Shown here piece by piece: positions 43,828 through 56,677 of a stretch of 64,000 nt of DNA. How positions within the stretch are numbered: position 1 is the first letter of the stretch; every line of letters starts with the position of its first letter. The notes under the pieces are model-generated. The model worked only from the letters and a program-made list of their open reading frames with translations, searched no databases and was not told the origin of the DNA. A program made the position numbers and the translations under genes. This DNA comes from Mobula hypostoma. Taxonomy: Eukaryota. The stretch is taken from positions 114,886,001 to 114,950,000 of the forward strand of contig NC_086104.1 of NCBI RefSeq assembly GCF_963921235.1, written 5' to 3'.

Positions 43828-45570
43828 TTGGTGTCGGTGAAGGAGGGGTTAAACCCAGTTCCAGTACGGATCTGGAGAGACACGGGAGCATGTCAGTCCC
43901 TGATCTTAAGGAGTGTTTTAGATTTTAGTTCAGAGACCCAGACTGGGGAGGTCAGGGTCATAAAAGGCATTGGGAAAGGGACTGAAGCAGTACCTTTGCA
44001 CCAGATACACCTAAAAAGCGATTTGGTCTCTGGACCGGTCACGATCGGGGTGAGGCCCGAACTACCGATGAAAGACATGGAGGGCTTACTCGGTAATGAC
44101 CTCGCCAGTGAAGAGATGTACCCAGCAGTAAGATTGACAAGCCAGCCTGCCAGCTTTGGGGCCCCGCCCATGGACTCACAGGTTTACCCCGTTTGCGCAG
44201 TGACTCGGCGTGTGTCCAGAAAGGCTGCCGAAGCTAATATAGATTTAGTGGAGACGCTTTTACCAGCCTTATACGAGGAGGGGTTAGAAAGTGAAAAGAA
44301 GGAGCGTAGTGAAATGGAAATTAAGGTAGATTTATCATTATCAAGGAAGGAATTTGTACAGGCACAGGAGTGAGACGAGGAGCTGATGGTTTTGGCGGAG
44401 ATAGCTCTCTCTGAAGCAGAATTAAAAAGGCTATTGTGTGGAGGAGGGAGTACTAAGGAAGAAATGGAGACCAAGTACCGTGCCCGCAGATGAGGAATGG
44501 GGGGTGGTGCCAAAAATTTATGGGGATGAGATTCTTAACCTGGCCCACAAGATACCCCTCGGTGGACATTTTGGGGTGAGGAAAACAGTCGGCGGAATCA
44601 TGAAAGAGTTTTACTGGCCACACAGGAGGAAGGATGTTATTGACCATTGTAGACGTGAGCTAACACGGTTACGGGCTTTTGATATGCTAACAGCTTGCCA
44701 CGATAGGCGAGCAGACCTAGTCGGTGTTATCACGAAAATTAATGAGGCTAGGGTGCCACCTGATAAGGGGAAAACCCATTTTGAAAAGATAAGTATGGTG
44801 CCGACCAGATGGGAGAAGTCTATTGTTTTGGCCAACTTTGCTGATAAGGTCTCTCCCTTAATCCCCGAACAAAGCGACCCGCTAAGAGAGCTAATTAAAC
44901 GGTGCGCACACGTATGTCCGGATGTCCCGAGGCAATGCAAAGAACCGGACCATGGTGTTGTCACATCAGGTCAGTCTAGTGAGCAACACCCCTATAGGAT
45001 GATAAATTCAGTGACAAAAGGGCTAAAGAACGCAGAAGCGTATATTGGTGATGTAGTGGTCTGGAGTGACACGTGGGAGGAGCACATTGTGGCACTGTTT
45101 AAACGGCTGTTTGAAGCCAGCCTGACAGTGAACCTCACAAAAAAGTGAATTCAGCCACGCGAAGGTCACTTAGCTGGGATTTGTGGTAGGACAGGGGCAG
45201 CTGGCTCCGATGCAGGCTAAGGTGCGGGCTATCTCTGAAGTCCCCACCCCGACAGACAAGAGAGCCCTGAGAAGGTTCTTGGAGATGGTGGGGTACTATC
45301 GGAAGTTTTGCAAAAAAAAAACTTTGCGGATATTACCCACTCTCTTACTAAGCCCTTGCCAAAGAATGCTAAGTTGGTATGGGACGACCCTTGTTATCTG
45401 TGTCCGGGACGAAAACCACTGAGAAGTTACACTGATCACAACTCTTTAGTGTTTTTGGCCACTATGAAGTTTGCTAAATTGGAGCCTGGTTTTAGAGGAT
45501 TATTAAAATAACACATATAAAAGGAACGGAAAATGTGATTGCTGACTGTCTGTCAAGCTGTTGACAACTC
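43828..45570 (+). pseudogene. Gypsy pol remnant: protease, integrase zinc-binding stub, RT stub, RNase H stub
   Basis: RDTGACQSLI (PR); AHKIPLGGHFG...FYWP...HC (INT); AYIGDVVVWSDTWEEH (RT, YIDD->YIGD); YTDHNSL and HIKGTENVIADCLS (RH); stops and large deletions. Confidence 0.85.
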
Positions 45571-47372
45571 AAAGTTCTCTGTATTAGCCAAATAGCTGAT
45601 GACCATGTATATTTGTGTGTATCTAATAATCTATTCATGCCTATAATTTTTACCCCGGTAAAAATACTTTGAAGGGTAGGGGTGTGACAAAAGACCAAGT
45701 TATCAGAAGATTGATGCTGATAAGAGAGACAAAGAGAGAAACATTCCAAATGTTAATGAGAGACGAGAGAGATTAACAAAAAGAGACACAGTTCCGGGTA
45801 TTGTCAGACCGCTTGCTTTGAACCTGAACTGTTTGAAGTTTGATGGACAGACGATACCCCAGCAGGGGGATAAAAGGAACAGGTTTGCTAAGGCAAGGGA
45901 CACACCACAACACCACGAGATAACGAGACCCTGGAAGTGCGTTGTGCCCACCCCCCCCCACAAGTTGGTGGAGGTTTTGGAGGTCTGGTCGCGGGTCCAA
46001 CCATAGACGCACAGGGTGGAAAGGTACGATCGGCGGGAACCTGGTGTGTGTGTCCGCCCTTGCCTGGGTCCCGGGTTCATCGCAGAAGAACGATCGTATC
46101 CGGAACGGAGGGGTCACAGTCGGTGACCTCAGAAGACATTACAAAGGGCTCGCTCGAAAGCTAACTGCGAGGAATATCAAAGGTCTGTTTGAATCCGATT
46201 TGAATATCATCATTCGCTCTCTCTCCCTCTCTCTCTCTCTCCCCCTCTCTCTCCCCAAAGGCACAACAGCGATTACTGTGAACTGAACTAAACTGAACTG
46301 AACTCTGCGTCACTTGAGACTGATCATTTTACCCCTAGACTGCGATAGAGCTTGGTTGATTCCTATTACTCTAGTTGTGTGTACATGTGTGTTTTATCAT
46401 TGCTAACCTGTTGCATTTATATCCTTACTATTAGAGTACTGTGTTACTTATTTCTTTAATAAAACTTTCTTAGTTCCAGTAATCCAGACTCCAACTAAGT
46501 GGTCCATTTCTGCTGGTTTGGCAACCCAGTTATGGGGTACGTAACAATATGAAGTTAGGCAGAGGGACAGGTAGTTTCAAAGAAGTAGAGAAGGACTTAG
46601 ACGGATTAGGAGAATGGGCTTAGAAGTGGCAGATGGAACAGTGTTGGGAAGTGTATGGTCATGCACCTTGGTAGAAGAAATAAAAGGGATGACTATTTTC
46701 TAAATAGAGAGAAAATACAAAAAATTGAGACATAAAGATTCTTTGGAGTCCTTGTACCGGAATCCCTAAAGGTTAATTTGCAGGTTGAGACTGCGGCGAG
46801 GAAGGCAAATGCAGTGTTAGCATTCATTTTGAGATTAGATTATAAAAGCAAGGATGTAGAGCTGAAACTTTAAAAAGCACTGGTGAGGCCTCACTTGGAG
46901 TATTGAGAGCAGTTATCTTAGAAAGGATGTACTGAAACTGGAGAGGGTTCAAAGGAAGTTCATGAAAATTATTCCAGGATAGAATGGCTTGTCACATGAA
47001 AAGCATTTGATGGCTCTGGGCCTGTATTCACTGGAGTTCAGAAGAATGAGGGGTGACCTCATTGAAACCTATCAAACAGTGAAAGGCCTTGATAGAGAGG
47101 ATGTGGAGATGGTGTTCTTATGGTGAGCCAGTCTAAGACTAGAAAACACAACCTCAGAATACAGGGGTGTCCTTTTAGAACGGAGATGAGGAGGAATTTC
47201 TTCAGCCAGGTGGTAATGAATCTGTGGAATTCTTTGCCACAGACAGCTGTGGAGGCCAAGTCTTTATGTATATTTAAGGCAGAGGTTGATAAATTCTTGA
47301 TTGGTCAGGGCATGAAGGGATACGGGAAGAAGGCAGGAGATTGAGAAGAAAATTGGATCAGCTAAAATGAAA

Positions 47373-49232
47373 TGCCCATAGATCCTATCTCTAAGAATCT
47401 TTTCCAACAGCTTTCCCACCACAGACGTAAGGCTCACTGGTCTATAATTACCCGGACTATCCCGACTACCCTTTTTGAACAAGGGGACAACATTCACCTC
47501 CCTCCAATCCTCCGGTACCATTCCTGTGGACAATGAGGACATAAAGATCCTAGCCAGAGGCTCAGTAATCTCTTCCCTCACCTCGTGGAGCAGCCTGGGG
47601 AATATTCCATCAGAGCCCGGGGACTTATCTGTCCTAATGCATTTTAACAACTCCAACACCTCCTCTCCCTTAATATCAACATGCTCCAGAACATCAACCT
47701 CACTCATATTGTCCTCACCATCATCAAGTTCCCTCTCATTGGTGAATACTGAAGAGAAGTATTCATTGAGGACCTCACTCATTTCCACAGCCTCCAGGCA
47801 CATCTTCCCACCTTTATCTCTAATCGGTCCTACCTTCACACCTGTCATCCTTTTGTTCTTCACAGAATTGAAGAATGCCTTGGGGTTTTCCTTTACCCTA
47901 CTCGCCAAGACCTTCTCATGCCCCCTTCTTGCTCTTCTCAGCTCCTTCTTAAGCTCCTTTCTTGCTTCCCTATATTCCTCAATAGACCCATCTGATCCTT
48001 GCTTGCAAAACCTCATGTATGCTGCCTTCTTCCACCTGACTAGATATTCCACCTCACTTGTCACCCATGGTTCCTTCACCCTACCATTCTTTATCTTCCT
48101 CACTGGGACAAATTTATCCCTAACATCCTGCAAGAGATCTCCAAACATCGACCACATGTCCATAGTACATTTCCCTGCAAAAACATCATCCCAATTCACA
48201 CCTGCAAGTTCTAGCCTTATAGCCTCACAATTTGCCCTTCCCCAATTAAAAATTTTCTTGTCCTCTCTGATTCTATCCTTTTCCATGATAATGCTAAAGG
48301 CCAGGGAGCGGTGGTCACTGTCCCCCAGATGCTCACCCACTGAGAGATCTGTGACCTGACCTGGTTCATTACCCAGTACTAGATCTAGTATGGCATTCCC
48401 CCTAGTCGGCCTATCAACATACTGTGACAAGAATCCATCCTGGACACACTTAACAAACTCTGCCCCATCTAGACCCTTGGAACTAATCAGGTGCCAATCA
48501 ATATTAGAGAAGTTAAAGTCACCCATGATAACAACCCTGTTATTTTTGCACCTTTCCAAAATCTGCCTCCCAATCTGCTCCTCTGTATCTCTGCTGCTAC
48601 CAGGGGGCCCATAGAATACCCCCAATAGAGTAACTGCTCCCTTCCTGTTCCTGACTTCCACCCATATTGACTCAAAAGAGGATCTTGCTACATTACCCAC
48701 CCTTTCTGTAGCTGTAGTAGTATCCCTGACCAGTAATGCCACCCCTCCTCCCCTTTTTCCCCCTCTCTATCCCTTTTAAAGCACTGTAATCCAGGAATAT
48801 TGAGAATCCATTCCTGCCCTGGTGCCAGCCAAGTCTCTGTAATGGCCACTACATCATAATTCCATGTATGTATCCAAGCTCTCAGTTCATCACCTTTGTT
48901 CCTGATGCTTCTTGCATTGAGGTACACACACTTTAGCCCTTCTACCTTACTACCTTTACACAACTTTATTCTGCTTATTCTGCTTCTCTTTCCTCAAAGC
49001 CTCTCTATATGTTACATCTAGCTTTACTCCATGCACTTCTTTCACTGCTCTATCGCTCCGGGTCCCAACCCCCTTGCAAGTTAGTTTAAACCCTCCCGAT
49101 CCATGCTAACAAACCTACCTGCAAGGATATCGCTCCCCCTTGAATTCAGGTGCAACCCATCCAATCTGTACAGGTCCCACCTTCCCCAGAAGAGATCCCA
49201 ATGATCTAAAAATCTAAAACCCTGCTCCCTGC
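47373..49232 (-). mobile_element. Young CR1 internal fragment (ORF1 end, APE endonuclease, linker), lacking RT and 3' end
   Basis: Long open frame in 47264..48742 ([30 protein letters not shown]) plus CVYLNARSIRNK/AITETWL after a frameshift; sequence stops at RDRIYGH. Confidence 0.9.
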
Positions 49233-49252
49233 AGAGGTCTGCCCGTCAGCGT

Positions 49253-49541
49253 TGTTACGTACCCCGTAACTGGGTTGCCAAACCAGCAGAAATGGACCAC
49301 TTAGTTGGAGTCTGGATTACTGAAACTAAGAAAGTTTTATTAAAGAAATAAGTAACACAGTACTCTAATAGTAAGGATATAAATGCAACAGGTTAGCAAT
49401 GAATAAACACACATGTACACAGAACTAGGATAATAGGATCAATCAAGCTCTATCGCAGTCTAGGGGTAAAATGATCAGTCTCAAGTGACACAGAGTTCAG
49501 TTCAGTTTCAGTTCGCAGTAATCGCTGTCATGCCATTGGGA

Positions 49542-49610
<69 letters not shown>

Positions 49611-50186
49611 TGATAGAATGATTGATAGAATGATGATATTCAAATCGGATTCAAACAGACCTTTGATATTCCTCGCAGTTAGCTTTCGGGCGAGCCCTTT
49701 GTAATGTCTTCTGAGGTCACCGACTGTGACCCCTCCATTCCGGATACGATCGTTCTTCTGCGGTGAACCCGGCACCCAGGCAAGGGTGGACACACACACC
49801 AGGTTCCCGCCAATCGTACCGTCTCACCCTGTGTGTCTATGGTTGGTCCCGCGACCAGACCTCCAAAACCTCCACCAGACCTCCAGACCTCGAGACCCTC
49901 ACCAACTTGTGGGGGCACACCGCACTTCCAGGGTCTCGTTATCTCGTGGTGTCGTGGTGTGTCCCTTGCCTTAGCGAACCTGTTCCTTTTATCCCCCTGC
50001 TGGGGTATCGCCTGTCCATCAAACTTCAAACAGTTCAGGTTCAAAGCAACTGGTCTAAACAATACTCAGAACTGTGCCTCCTTTTCGTTAATCCCTTTCG
50101 TCTCTCTCTTATTAGCATTTTGAATGTTTCCCCCATTTGTCTCTCGCTTATCTCTCTTATCGGCATCTTCTGATAACTTGGTCACA
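49253..50186 (-). mobile_element. Solo LTR of the Gmr1-type family, with an expanded (GA)n
   Basis: Reverse complement of the LTR family at 45683; TSD GCGT (49249-49252 / 50187-50190). Confidence 0.93.
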
Positions 50187-53100
50187 GCGTGATCAAAGCG
50201 AGGGAAATCCTAGCTGAACAGTTATCCCAATCTGCTTGGGAAATAGTAAGAGAACCGAGAAAGCAGGGGATGGGAGGAGGGCGAGAGAATATCAGGAAGG
50301 GACTGTGAGTTTTCCAAAGACAGACCTCAACCCCTCCAGAAGGTTTTAAGGTTTGGTGAACTTTAAAAGTGTTGATAAGATAAACGGAAGCAAAAATAGA
50401 CGGTGCTATACCTATTTCAAGAAATATTTATTATAATGTGGATTTTATATTACTCAATTTTTTAATTCATTCATCCACTCCTTTTTCCCCACCTAAATGA
50501 GAATATATATATAGGGGAGAAATACACAGGGAAATCTTTTCTGTGTAATGGACATAGACTTGTTCACTTACTTTTATGGTCACTGTAATGGGGCCCCCAA
50601 CTCACAGGGAGTTGGGGCTATCCCCCACTGCTAGACATTCCCTCCAGCTCAACCCAGGGTCATCTGCTAGAGACCTCAGCCTTGGAATCACACCTTCGTT
50701 GCCTTTTTTTTATTATTCATGTTTCTTGGTTCTTATTTGTTCAGGGAGTAGATCGATTAAGTTTTATTCTACTAATTCCAATGATATATTGACAGATAAA
50801 TACACATGGCGAAGGACAAAGTAAAATACATTTCTTTCAATGTCAATGGGCTGTTAAATCCAATCAAACACAGTAAAATTCTATCCAAAATGCAAAAAAG
50901 AAGAAGCCTATGTAGTATATTTACAGGAAACTCACTTAAGTGATAATGAGCATGGAAAACTAAAGAGAATGGGCTTCACTAATTTGCTTTTCTCCTCATC
51001 AGGACATAGGAGAGGAGTTGCGATTCTTATCTCAAGCAAGCTAAATTTTGAAAAAATATTCAAAATGGGAGATAAGGAGAGCAGATAAATTCTGGTAAGG
51101 GGGAATATAGATGGAAATCCAGTTACTCTATTGAATATATATGCACCCCCAGAAAGTGATATTAATTTCTTTCAGAAAATTACTAATGTTATGGTAACGG
51201 AAACAGAAGGTCTCCTGATACGTGGGCGAGACTTAAGTTTACAATTACAACCAAAGTTAGACTCTTCCAATAGAAAAACCTATGAAACAAAATCCTTTTC
51301 GAAAGAGAGTTAATACACTTTTTGAGGATGTTGGTTTAATTGATAAATAGAGGGACTTTTCCCCGACAGAAGGGATTACACTCATTATTCTGCCCCCCAT
51401 TCTGTATATACAAGAATAGACAATTTCATAACATTTGGAAAAGATAAAAGACAAAATAAACACCTGTGGAATTGGGACAATAGATGTAAGTGACCATGCA
51501 CCTATATATATCTATCTGTTGATTATGACCTACAACAAAGAATACTATTTGGAAGCTAAATTCAAGTCTACTCAATGATCCCTACTTTAAGGAACAAATT
51601 AAAAAAGAAACTGGTCTTTACTTAGAATTCAATGATAATGGAGAGGTTTCACCTCCCATTCTATGGGAAACTCTGAAGGTTGTCTTAAGAGGGAAAATTA
51701 TACCGATATCTTCATATAAGAAAAAAACAAGGAATAAAACATGAGAGGAATTACAAAATAGGCTGAAAGAACGAGGAAAAAAACACAAACTGAATTTGGC
51801 ACAGGATACATTAGAGAAAATAAAAAAAATGGAATGAAATTAATAGTTTGGCTACAGAAGAAATCAGGAAAAAATTAATGTTTCTGAAACAGACACTATG
51901 AAAGTGGATCTAAATCTATAAAAATACTGGCGTGGAAACTGAAGATAAAAGATAGCAAAAAATACAAGTCATAGAATTAGGGATCCAAGAACAAAAATGA
52001 TTAAAAAAAAATAAGCTAAGTGAAATTCAAAAGCTTTTGAAGTGTTTTACAAAACTCTATATTCCAAAGTTCCAGGGGGAAGCATAACCCAAACTGACAC
52101 TTTCCTGAATTCTCTGGAGTTCACTTGAAGTGAAGAACAAAATAGAACGATGACTGTTCACATAACTGAAGTTGAACTAAAAGCTCCTATTAGTAGGCTT
52201 AAATTAAGCAAGTCACCAGGTTCAGATGGGTATACGGCAGAGTGGTACAAAGAATTTAAAAATGAGTTAATTCCTGTTTTACTCCCCACACTGAACTGGG
52301 CTCTAAGAAAGACACAAATGCCACCAGCTGGAAGGAGGAGATAATCTCAGTTATACCGAAAGAAGGCAAAGATAAAATGGAATGTGGGTCATTTAAACCA
52401 ATATCCATTCTTAATGTAGATTATAGAATATTTACCTCCATCATGGCCAAATGATTAGAGGAGTTTCTACCCATACTGATACATAATGATCAGACAGGTT
52501 TTTATACAACACCACCAAACACAAGACAATATACGAAGGACACTTCACATTATGGATCATATACAAGAAAATAAAATTGAAGCAATAGTGATAAGTGTGG
52601 ATGCTGAAAAGACATTTGATTCCGTTAATTGGAATTTTCTTTACAGAGTTTTACATGGATTTGGTTTTCATGACACAATTATTAAAACTATACAGGCACT
52701 ATATGACAACCCTACTGCTAGGATTAAAATCAATGGATATTTATCAAATATTTACCCCAGAAAGGGGCACAAGACAGGGTTGTGCATGGTCACCGCTACT
52801 CTTCGCATTATATCTGGAACCATTTGCTCAATACATCAGACAAAATGAAGATATCAGAGGAATTACTACTAAAGGGACAGAGCATAAATTGGCCTGTTAC
52901 GCAGATGACATTTTGATCTATCTAGGGCAACCAACATACTCTTTACCTAAATTGATGCAATCCTTTAAACAGTATGGTCAATTATCAGGATGCAAGATCA
53001 ACATAGATACAACCCAATTACCTTCATATAACTATAGCCCACCAAGAGAAATTGAAAGTAGATAACCCTGGGCATGGCAAAAAGAGTCTTTCAAATATTT

Positions 53101-53926
53101 GGGCATCATTATGCCAAAAGATTTGTCAAAATTATCAGAATGCATTTATCAGCCTATATATAAAAAAAATTAAGGAAGATATATCAAGATGGAACCTAAT
53201 TCCTTTTTTAGTCTCAGTTCAAGGATTGAATCTATTAAAATAAATATACTGCTCAGACTATTATATTTCTTTCAGACCCTACCAATAGAGATTAACCAAA
53301 ATCAATTCAATGTATGGAACAAGATGCTATCAATATATATATGGCAAGTTAAAAGGTCTAGAGTTTGTCTCAAAACTTCGCAATTAGCCAAGGAAAAGGG
53401 GGGATGGGGCCTACCTTCTCTTAGAGATTATTATTTTGCAGCATAATTGAGAGCTGTGATATGCTGGTGCAACCCATCATATGATGCTCGATGGAAAAAC
53501 ATTGAGGAGGGGATACTTCCCATCCCTATACAGGCAATTTTGGCTGATAACAACCGACAAATGTACATAAATACTATTGATAACCCATGGGTGAAATAGA
53601 CTTTAAAATACGGAAAACTATTATAAAAGAATATAAACTAGAGCGAGATATTGCAATTCTTAAATGGTGTGCATATGACTCGGATTTTACACTGAATAAA
53701 CTGGGTGCTAGACTGGACAGCTAAAGGAATAACAGCTCTTTGCAATATAATGAAAGAAGGAACACTGTTCAGTTTTGAAATGCTTAAAGAGAAACACTTA
53801 CTAGAAAAACAAGACTTTTATCAGTATCTACAGATGCGACAGTATGTTAATAGGAGGGTTAAAAATGTAACCAAAGTAAGTACATCTTTGAGAGAGCTAT
53901 TTAGAAAAGCATATAATTCAGATAAC

Positions 53927-56204
53927 AACACACATAAAAGTTGCTGGTGAACACAGCAGGCCAGGCAGCATCTCTAGGAAGAGGTACAGTGGACGTTTCG
54001 GGCCGAGACCCTTTGTCAGGACTAACTGAAAGGAGAGCTAGTAAGAGATTTGAAAGTGGGAGAGGGAGGGGGAGATCCAAAATGATAGGAGAAGACAGGA
54101 GGGAGAGGATGGAGCCAAGAGCTGGACAGGTGATTGGCAAAAGGGACATGAGAGGATCATGGGACGGGAGGCCTAGGGGGAAAGAAAGGGTGGGGGAGCC
54201 CAAAGGATGAGCAAGGTGCATAGTGAGAGGGACAAAGGGAGAAAAACGAGAGAACGGATGGGGTATGAAGGAGAGGTGGGGCATTAACAGAAGTTAGAGA
54301 AGTCAATGTTCATGCCATCAGGTTGGAGGCTACCCAGATGGAATATAAGGTGTTGTTCCTCCAACCTGAGTGTGGCTTCATCTTTACAGTAGAGGAGGCC
54401 GTGGATAGACATATCACAATGGGAATGGGATGTGGAATTATGATGTGTGGCCACTGGGAGATCCTGCTTTCTCTGGTGCACAGAGCGTAGGTGTTCAGCA
54501 AAATGGTCTCCCAGCCTGCGTCGGGTCTCACCAATATATAGAAGGCCGCATCAGGAGCACCGGATGCAGTCTATCACCCCAGCTGACTCACAGGTGAAGT
54601 GTCGCCTCACCTGGAAGGACTGTCTGGGGCCCTGAATGTTGGTAAGGGAGGAAGTGTAAGGGCTTGTGTAGCACTTGTTCCACTTACAAGGATAAGTGCC
54701 GGGAGGGAGATCGGTGGGAAGGGATGGGGGGACGAATGGACAAGGGAGTCACGTAGGGAGCGATCCCTGCGGAAACCAGAGGTGAGGGGAGGGAAAGATG
54801 TGCTTAGTGCTGGGATCCCGTTGGAGGTAGCGGAAGTTACGAAGAATTATATGTTGGACCCGGAGGCTATAAGCCTACGGATTCTCACAGCTATCTGGAC
54901 TATTCCTCTTCTCACCCTGTCTCTTGCAAAAATGGCATCCCCTTCTCGCAATTCCTCCGTCTCTGCAGCATCTGCTCTCAGGATGAGGCTCTTCATTCCA
55001 GGACAAAGGAAATGTCCTCCTTTTTTAAAGAAAGGGGCTTCCCTTCCTCCACCGTCAACTCTGCTCTCAAACGCATCTCTCCCATTTCACGCACATCTGC
55101 TCTCACCCTATCCTCCTGTCACCCCACTAGGAATAGGGTTCCCTTTGGCCTCACCTACCACCCCACCAGCCTCCAGGTCCAACATATAATTCTCCGTAAC
55201 TTCTGCCACCTCCAACGGGATCCCACTACTAAGCACATTTTTCCCTCCCCCCACCTCTGCTTTCCACAGGGATCGCTCCCTACTCGACTCCCTTGTCCAT
55301 TCGTCCTCCCCGTCCCTTTCCACTGATCTCCCTCCTGGCACTTATCCTTGTAAGCAGAACAAGTGCTACACATGCCTTTACACTTCCTTTACACTTCCTC
55401 CCTCACTTCCTCCCTTCAGGGCCCCAGACAGTCCTTCCAGGTGAGGCAACACTTCACCTGTGAGTCGGCTGGGGTGATATACTGCGTACGGTGCTCCCGA
55501 TGCAGCCTTCTATATATTGGCGAGACCCGACGCTGACTGGGAGATCATTTCGCTGAACACCTACGCTCTGTCCGCCAGGGAAAGCAGGATCTCCCAGTGG
55601 CCACACATTTTAATTCCACGTCCCGTTCCCATTCTGATATGTCTATCCACGGCCTCCTCTACTGTCAAGATGAAGCTACACTCAGGTTGGAGGAACACCA
55701 CCTTATATTCTGTCCGGGTAGCTTCCAACCTGATGGCGTGAAAATTGACTTCCCTAACTTCCGTTAATGCCCCACCTCCCCTTCGTACCCCATCTGTTAT
55801 TTATTTATCTATCTATTTATTTAATTATTTAATATATTTGTTTCCTCTCTCTCCTTTTTCTCCTTCTGTCCCTCTCACTATACTCCTTGCCCATCCTCTG
55901 GGCTTCCCCCCTCCCCCTTTCTTTCCCGTGATCCTCTCATATCCCTTTTGCCAATCAACTTTCCAGCTCTTAGCTCCATCCCTCCCCCTCCTGTCTTCTC
56001 CTATCATTTCGAATCTCCCCCTCCCCCTCCCACTTTCAAATCTCTTACTATCTCTTTTTTCAGTTAGTCCTGACGAAGGGTCTCGGCCCGAACCATCAAC
56101 TGTACCTCTTCCCATAGATGCTGCCTGGTCTGCTGCGTTCACCAGCAACTTTTATGTGTTGCTTGAAATTCCAGCATCTGCAGATATCCTCATGTTTGCG
56201 TTTT
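53927..56204. mobile_element. Two-arm inverted Penelope insertion (minus arm 53927-54868, plus arm 54867-56204)
   Basis: Both arms carry the GIY-YIG region, 3'UTR and a mutated hammerhead pointing outward; 13-bp TSD TAATTCAGATAAC (53914-53926 / 56205-56217). Confidence 0.9.
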
Positions 56205-56560
56205 TAATTCAGATAACGGTAGTAGAATCATTTCAAGCGTGTATCAGAGTTTATCAAATCTTAAAACACATTCGACTGCATACATTAAAGGAAAATGGGA
56301 GAAGGAAGGAGGGATAATTATATCTGAGGGAGAATGGAAAATAATATGGAGGTATCAATGGAAATGTACCAGTTCACGGAAATGGAGGGAGTTCAGGTGG
56401 AAAAACTTGATAAGATATTTTATTACACCCTCTCGGAAATCCCATTATGATAGTAACCTCCCTGTTTGCTGGAGAAATTGTGGAAATCAAAATGCAAACC
56501 ATTATCATATTTTCTGGGAATGCCCCATTATCAAAGACTATTGGAGTGGGAAACACAATG

Positions 56561-56677
56561 AAATGTATGGTTTCTATAGGTCAGTGGGACTAGGCAGAAA
56601 ATGGTTCGGCACAGCCAAGAAGGGCCAAAAGGCCTGTTTCTGTGCTGTAAGTTTTTCTATGGTTTCTATGGTTTCTA
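56561..56677 (+). mobile_element. CR1 3' tail inserted in L1 ORF2
   Basis: GGCACAGCC..AAGGGCCAAAAGGCCTGTTTCTGTGCTGTA followed by TTTCTATGG repeats. Confidence 0.7.

Larger units (their letters stand above)
42163..46546 (+). mobile_element. Internally deleted Gmr1-type Gypsy LTR retrotransposon
   Basis: 5' LTR 42163-42945, 3' LTR 45683-46546, TSD ATAT, PBS at 42950, PPT GAAGGGTAGGGG at 45671-45682; gag-PR-INT-RT-RH remnants in that order. Confidence 0.93.
42040..47372 (+). mobile_element. CR1 RT/3' fragment split by the Gypsy element (42040-42162 plus 46547-47372)
   Basis: Removing the Gypsy element and one ATAT restores DLDDGIDCFVAKFADNMKLG. Confidence 0.85.

Noticed and set aside
47475-48359. 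294-aa + strand Ser/Leu-rich ORF
   Set aside because: Antisense shadow of the CR1 ORF2 on the minus strand.
42108-50173. Recurrent ORFs in LTR copies (TQARADTHTRFPP, NLNCLKFDGQ)
   Set aside because: Frames and ends differ between copies, no domain is recognisable, and they lie inside LTRs.
56070-56098. Functional hammerheads at 56070 (+) and 53987-54024 (-)
   Set aside because: Core mutations (GAAA->GAAC with loss of the ACGT stem III; CTGACGA->CTGACAA) predict inactivity; kept only as decayed copies.
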